This document shows positions 58,665 through 64,000 of a stretch of DNA of 64,000 nucleotides, piece after piece (the first letter of the stretch is position 1; every line of letters begins with the position of its first letter). The notes beneath the pieces were generated by a model. The model saw only the letters and a list, made by a program, of their open reading frames with translations, was not told the DNA's origin and searched no databases. Source of the stretch: the human T2T-CHM13v2.0 reference genome, Homo sapiens; assembly GCF_009914755.1 (NCBI RefSeq), contig NC_060928.1; one strand, 5' to 3'. The position numbers and the translations under genes were made by a program.

Positions 58665-61015
58665 TATACTAGTCTGTTTTCATGCTGCTGGAGACGAAAG
58701 TTTCAAGACATACCCCTAGCAGTTTTCATGCTGCTGGACATGAGAGTTTCAAGACATACCCAAAACTGGGATCAAAAAAAAAGGTTCAGTTGGACTTACA
58801 GTTCCACATGGCTGGAGAGGCCTCAGAATCATAGTGGGAGGTGAAAGGCTCTCCTTACATGGTGGCAGCAAGAGAAATGAGGAAGACTCAAAAGTGGAAA
58901 CCCCTGATAAACTCATAAGATCATGTGAGATTTACTCACTATCATGAGAATAGCACAGGAAAGACCAGCCCCCACGATTCAATTACCTCCCCCTGGATCC
59001 CTCCCACAACACATGGGAATTCTGGGAGATACAATTCAAGTTGAGATTTCAGTGGAGACACAGCAAAACCATATCATTCCACCCGGGCCTCTCCAAATCT
59101 CATGTCCTCACATTTCAAAACCAATCATGCCTTCCCAACAGTCCCTTAAAGTCTTAAGTCATGTCAGCATTAACCCAAAAGGTCACAGTCCAAAGTCTCA
59201 TCTGAGACAAGGCAAGTCTCTTCTGCATATAAGCCTATAAAATCAAAAGCATGCTAGTTACTTCCTAGATACAATGGGAGTACAGGTATTAGGTAAATAT
59301 AGCCATTCCAAATGGGAGAAATTGGCCAAAACAAGGGGTTACAGGGCCCGAGCAAGCCTGAAATCCAGCTGGGCAGTCAAATTTTAAAGCTCTAAAATGA
59401 TCTCCTTTGACTCCAGGTCTCACATCCAGGTCACACTGATACAAGAGGTGGGTTCCCATGGTCTTGGGAAGCTCAGGCCCTGTGGTTTTGCAGGGTACAT
59501 CCTCTCTTCCAGCTGCTTTCATGGGCTGGCATTGAGTGTCTTTGGCTTTCCAGGTGAACGGTGCAAGCCATTGATAGATCTACCATTCTGGGGTCTGGGG
59601 GATGGTGGCCATCTTCACAGCTCTACTAGGCAGTGGCCCAGTAGGGACTCTGTGTGAAGGCTCTGACCCCACATTTCCCTTCCCCACTGCCCTAGCAGAG
59701 GTTTTCCATGAGTGCCCTTCCCTTGAAGCAAACTTCTACCTGAGCATGTAAGCCTTTCCATACATCTTCTGAAATCTAGGCAGACATTCCCAAACCTCAA
59801 TTCTTGACTTCTGTGCACCTGCAGGCTCAACACCATGTGGAAGCTGTGAAGGCTTCGGGCTTCTGCCCTCTGAAGCCACAGCCCAAGCTGTACATTGGCT
59901 TCCTTCAGCCATGATTAGAGCAGCTGGGACACAGGGCACCAAGTCTCTAGGCTGCACACAGCACAGAGACCCTGGGCTTGGCTCACAAAACCACTTTTTC
60001 CTCCTGGGCCTCCGGGCCTATGATGGAAGGGGCTGCCATGAAGGTCTCTGACATGGCCTGGAGACATTTTCCCCATTGTCTTGGAGATTAACATTAGGTT
60101 CCTTGCTGCTTATGCAAATTTCTGCAGCTAGCTTGAATTTCTCCTTCAAAAAATGGGGTTTTCTTTTCTATATCATCAGGCTGTAAATTTTCCGCATCAT
60201 TAGCCTACAAATTTTCTGAACTTTTATGGTCTGTTTCCCTTTTAAAACAGAATGCTTTTAGCAGTACCCACGTAACCTCTTGAATGGTTTGCTCTTAGAA
60301 ATTTCTTCTGCCAGATACCCTAAATCATCTCTCTCAAGCTCAAAGTTCCACAGATTTCTAGGGCAGGGGCAAAATGCTGCCAGTCTCTTTGCTAAATGTA
60401 ACAAGAGTTGCCTTTGCTCCAGTTCCCAACAAGTTGCTCATCTCCATCTCAGACCATCTCAGCCTGGCCCTTATTGTTCATGTCACTATTAGCATTTTCA
60501 TAAAAGCCACTCAAGTCTCTAGTAAGTTCCAAACTTTCCCGCATTTTCCTGTCTTCTTCTGAGCCCTCCAAACTGTTCTAACCTCTGCCTGTTACCCAGT
60601 TCCAAAGTCTCTTCCACATTTTCAGGTATCTTTTCATCAACGCCCCACTCTACTGGTACCAATTTACTGTATTAGTCCATTTTCTTGCTGCTGACAAAGA
60701 TGTACCCAAGACTGGGAAGAAAAAGAGGTTTAATTTATAGTTCCACATGGCTGGGGAGGCCTCAGAATCATGGCAGGAGGCAAAAGGCTCTTCTTACATG
60801 GTGGCAGCAAGAGAAAATGAGGAAGAGGCAAAAGTGGAAACCCCTGATAAACCCATCAGATCTCATGAGACTTATTCACTACCATGAGAATAGCATGGGA
60901 AAGGCGGTCCCCATGATTCAATTACCTCCCCCTGGGTCCCTCCCACAACACGTGGGAATTCTGGGAGATACAACTAAAGTTGAGATTTTGGTGGGGACAC
61001 AGCCAAACCATATCA
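58665..61015 (-). mobile_element. Complete THE1A-like MaLR: 3' LTR 58665-59076, internal 59077-60667, 5' LTR 60668-61015
   Basis: Two LTRs ending aaaccatatca, ~1.6-kb internal region, perfect 5-bp TSD ACATG (58660-58664 and 61016-61020) within L1 ORF2. Confidence 0.93.
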
Positions 61016-62153
61016 ACATGCAAATGGCAAACAGGCATATGAAAAAGTGCTCAACAATACTGATCATTGGAGAAACGCAAATCAAAACTACAATGAGATC
61101 TCTTCTCACTCCAGTTAAAATGGCTTACATCTAAAAGACAGGCAATAACAAATGCTGCTGAGGATGTGGAGAAAAGGGAACCCTTGTATGCTGTTGGTGG
61201 AATTGTAAATTAGTGCAACCACTATGGAGAACAGTTTGGAGGTTCCTCAAAAACTAAAAACTGAGCTACTGTATGATCCAGCAATCCCACTGCTGTGTAT
61301 ATGCCCAAAAGAAAGGAAATCAGTATATCAAAGAGATATCTGCTCTCCTATATTTGTTGCAGGACTGTTTCTAATAGCTAAGACTTGGAAACAATGTAAG
61401 CATTCATCAATAGATGAATGGATTAATAAAACGTGGTACATATACACATGGAGTAATATTCAGCCACAAAAAAGAATGAGATCCAGTCATTTGCCAAGAC
61501 ATGGATGGAACTGGAAATTATTGTGTTAAGTGAAACAAGCCAGATACAGAGACACAAAAATTGCATGTTCTCAGTTATTTGTGGGATCTAAAACTCAAAA
61601 CAATTGAACTAATGGACAGAGAGAGTAGAAGGATGGTTACCAGAGGCTGGGAACGGTTGTAGGGGACTGGGCAGGGAAGGTGGGGATTATTAAGGGGTGC
61701 AAAAATGTAGTTAGAAAAAATCAATAAGACCTACTGTTAGACAGCACAACAGGGTGACTATAGTCAATAATAGCTTAATCGTACATTTTAAAATAACTTA
61801 AAGAGTGTAATTGGATTGTTTGTAACTGAAAGGATAGATGCTTGAGGGGATGGATACCCCATTCTCCATGATGTGCTTATTCCACATTGCTTGCCTGTAT
61901 CAAATAATCTCATGTATCCCATAAATATACACACTTACTATGTACCCATAAAAATAAAAAAAAAAATAAAATTATAGCACTTTAAAATATACATTATAAG
62001 CAGCCTGATCAAGGTGGAAATGTGGTAAATGCAATGTAATTAATTTGCATCTTATATAATTAATTCAAAATAAATCAATATGATTTTTCTTATACATATA
62101 CAATATTTTGTGAAAATTGTTATTTATAAAATAAGACATATGATAAAAGGCAT

Positions 62154-62592
62154 TGTATTAGTTTTTTATATTACAAACTAGAAGCCTTTTAAGAGAGAAA
62201 TGTATTGTCTTCAGTTCTGTAGGCTGAAAGTCTGAAATCAAGATGCCAGCAGGACTGATTCCTTCTGAGTGCTATGAGGAAGAATCTGTTCCAGGGCTTG
62301 CCCCTAGCTTCCAGTAGCCTTAGGCATTACATAGCTGTAGATGGACTTTTCCCTGTGCTTTCACATCATCTTTCCTCTATATGTGTTTGTATATGTGTCC
62401 ACATTTTACCTTTTTTATAAGGACACAGGTCATACTGGATTATACTGGTCATACTGGATTAGGGCCCAACCAAGTGACCTCATCTTAACTTGATCATCTA
62501 CACTGGCCCTATTTCCAAAAAAAGTTCAATTCACAGCTACTGGGGGTAAGGATTTCAGTATATTTTTCAGGGACACAATCCAACCCACAATA
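62154..62592 (-). mobile_element. MLT1C-like LTR
   Basis: cagttctgtaggctgaaagtctgaaatcaagatg..tataaggacacaggtcatactggatt..gggacacaatccaacccacaa. Confidence 0.8.
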
Positions 62593-62947
62593 GGCATGCT
62601 GTTACTTTAATAAATGTATATATATAGCAAATTCATTTGTTTGGGTTTGGAAATAATACAATAAAAATTAATGATTTAAAATGAAAAGAACCATATTAAC
62701 TTTGTTAGATGCTAGAATCTAATTTTCTCTGTCTTCTATAAAAGGAAACAATACCTAGTACTGAAAATTAAGACTCTGATAGTTGGCATATGTTAATTTT
62801 TCATAGTAATAAGAAAAAGGTAAGTATATTGTACGATAATTAAAAATAAAAGGAGTAAATGTTTCATGATTTCACTTGAGATTATTGGTTTTAATTATCA
62901 TATTGAATTCTAAATAGCAACTCTGACAGTAATTATATGAGTTTTAC

Positions 62948-63058
62948 CTGTGAATTTTATTCAATGTGTCAGGAAAGCCATGGTAGTCTTTCAAAACATT
63001 TGTTATGTTTGAAGAACCAATATCATAAGCCTTTGCTACTGTATCTGTTTTTAAGTTG
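62948..63058 (-). other. Candidate exon (111 nt)
   Basis: Branch-like cattaac, T8 and aaaaag acceptor; CAG|gtaaaa donor; open in phase 2 (NLKTDTVAKAYDIGSSNITNVLKDYHGFPDTLNKIH). Confidence 0.35.
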
Positions 63059-63191
63059 CTTTTTAAAAAAAAGTTAATGACAAATTCTGGAGATGAGTAG
63101 TTAGAATATACAAAGCAAATTATCAAAAAAAAGCATTTTTAGGGTTCAATATCTATTTCCAATGCTCTGCTTTATTTTTATGAGATTTTAC

Positions 63192-63221
63192 CTCAGACTT
63201 TACACCTTCTTTGACAATAGC
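63192..63221 (-). other. Candidate micro-exon (30 nt)
   Basis: Strong acceptor tttgacaactttttctcttttatttcag|G and GAG|gtaaaa donor; open only in phase 0 (AIVKEGVKSE). Confidence 0.4.
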
Positions 63222-64000
63222 CTGAAATAAAAGAGAAAAAGTTGTCAAACAAAAATTGTCGTCACCCACTCTATTTCACAACATTTGAACTCAGAAGATT
63301 CCAACTCACGACATAGTGTTCCATTATAGTATTATGTGTCCACCTTAACAAAAACATATAAAAATAAGAAAAAAGAAGCCCTGTGTATTTATTACATTTT
63401 GGTTGATTAATAACTAAAAGAGAGATATATAAAATAAATATTTTCAACTATATGTTTATTTGGATGGGTGAGGGCTGTATCTTTTCTGTAAAAGTGAAAA
63501 ACAGGTATTGTGGATGCAGGAATGCTCCCAGTTAGGTAAGTTTTTATAAAGACAAATTATGAAAGTTGAGAATCTGGAAATTGATTTCCTTAAAAACATC
63601 TGAGTCTGTAAGAAAGTTACACATGTCTTAGTTAGCACCACTGATGTATTGGCCCCACTGCTGGACACTGTGGTTCTGGCCATTTGTTCCCAAGCCTGAA
63701 GTCTCTGTTGAAGCAGCTTCTGTTCTGAACCATGACTTTCCTGGTCTGTGGGTCAGCTTAGTTCTCTAGGGTCTTTCACCAAGCACTCCAAGTGCAGGAT
63801 AAGAAATGCCAAGGGCCCCAGCACAGACTCACTTACCTATCTGATTCTTGTTGCTACTTTCACAAGTCACCCTCACGCCATATTGGATGTGATCTTGAGC
63901 CCAGATAAGGCCTTCTAATGGCCTTCACATTCCTTACTTTTATTATGCCAGGAGAACAGATCTCCTGCTCTGTCTTTCTGCTTATTCCTGTACATATCCA

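Larger units (their letters stand above)
52390..61970 (+). mobile_element. Near full-length old LINE-1 (L1MA1-3 type), decayed, with nested insertions and an ORF2 deletion near 58600
   Basis: Long 5'UTR; ORF1 relic from ~54482 (MTSPNELNK); ORF2 relic from 55908 (MAGVSRYLPVTTLNV; LFVDDMILY); 3' end gcttgaggggatggataccccattctccatgatgtg plus A-tail; degenerate TSD aataa..tatag(t/c)ac. Confidence 0.9.

Noticed and set aside
58944-61134. Cluster of overlapping ORFs
   Set aside because: Decayed THE1 internal and LTR sequence with no intact MaLR ORF
63830-64000. Coding exon ending at a perfect minus-strand donor TAG|gtaagt (63838)
   Set aside because: All three frames contain stops and the sequence looks L2-like; at most a non-coding exon, and it cannot be assessed at the window edge

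Overview
Primate (most likely human or great-ape) genomic DNA, AT-rich and dominated by transposable elements. I find no intact protein-coding gene, RNA gene, CpG island or CRISPR array. Main contents: (i) a full-length ~6.16-kb L1PA3/L1PA4-type LINE-1 (32240-38400) with TSDs, a broken ORF1 and an ORF2 open for 888 aa across the EN and RT domains; (ii) a 5'-deleted HERV-I/HERV-IP-type provirus (pol tail, env and LTR10B-like 3' LTR, ~11767-14615) whose 683-codon env has no frameshift, only five stops; (iii) a minus-strand MER4 provirus (15173-22300) carrying a solo HERV-W LTR17, two Alus and a truncated 5' LTR; (iv) a near full-length old L1MA (52390-61970) carrying a complete THE1 element; (v) about 15 Alus plus many MaLR, ERV1, Tigger, hAT, MIR and L2 relics. 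A few minus-strand exon-like segments (63192-63221, 62948-63058, 51268-51348) may belong to an unidentified spliced transcript. Repeat subfamily names come from my recall of consensus sequences and need RepeatMasker/Dfam confirmation. I do not see convincing evidence of a wholly new biological system; the best leads are ranked in the findings.
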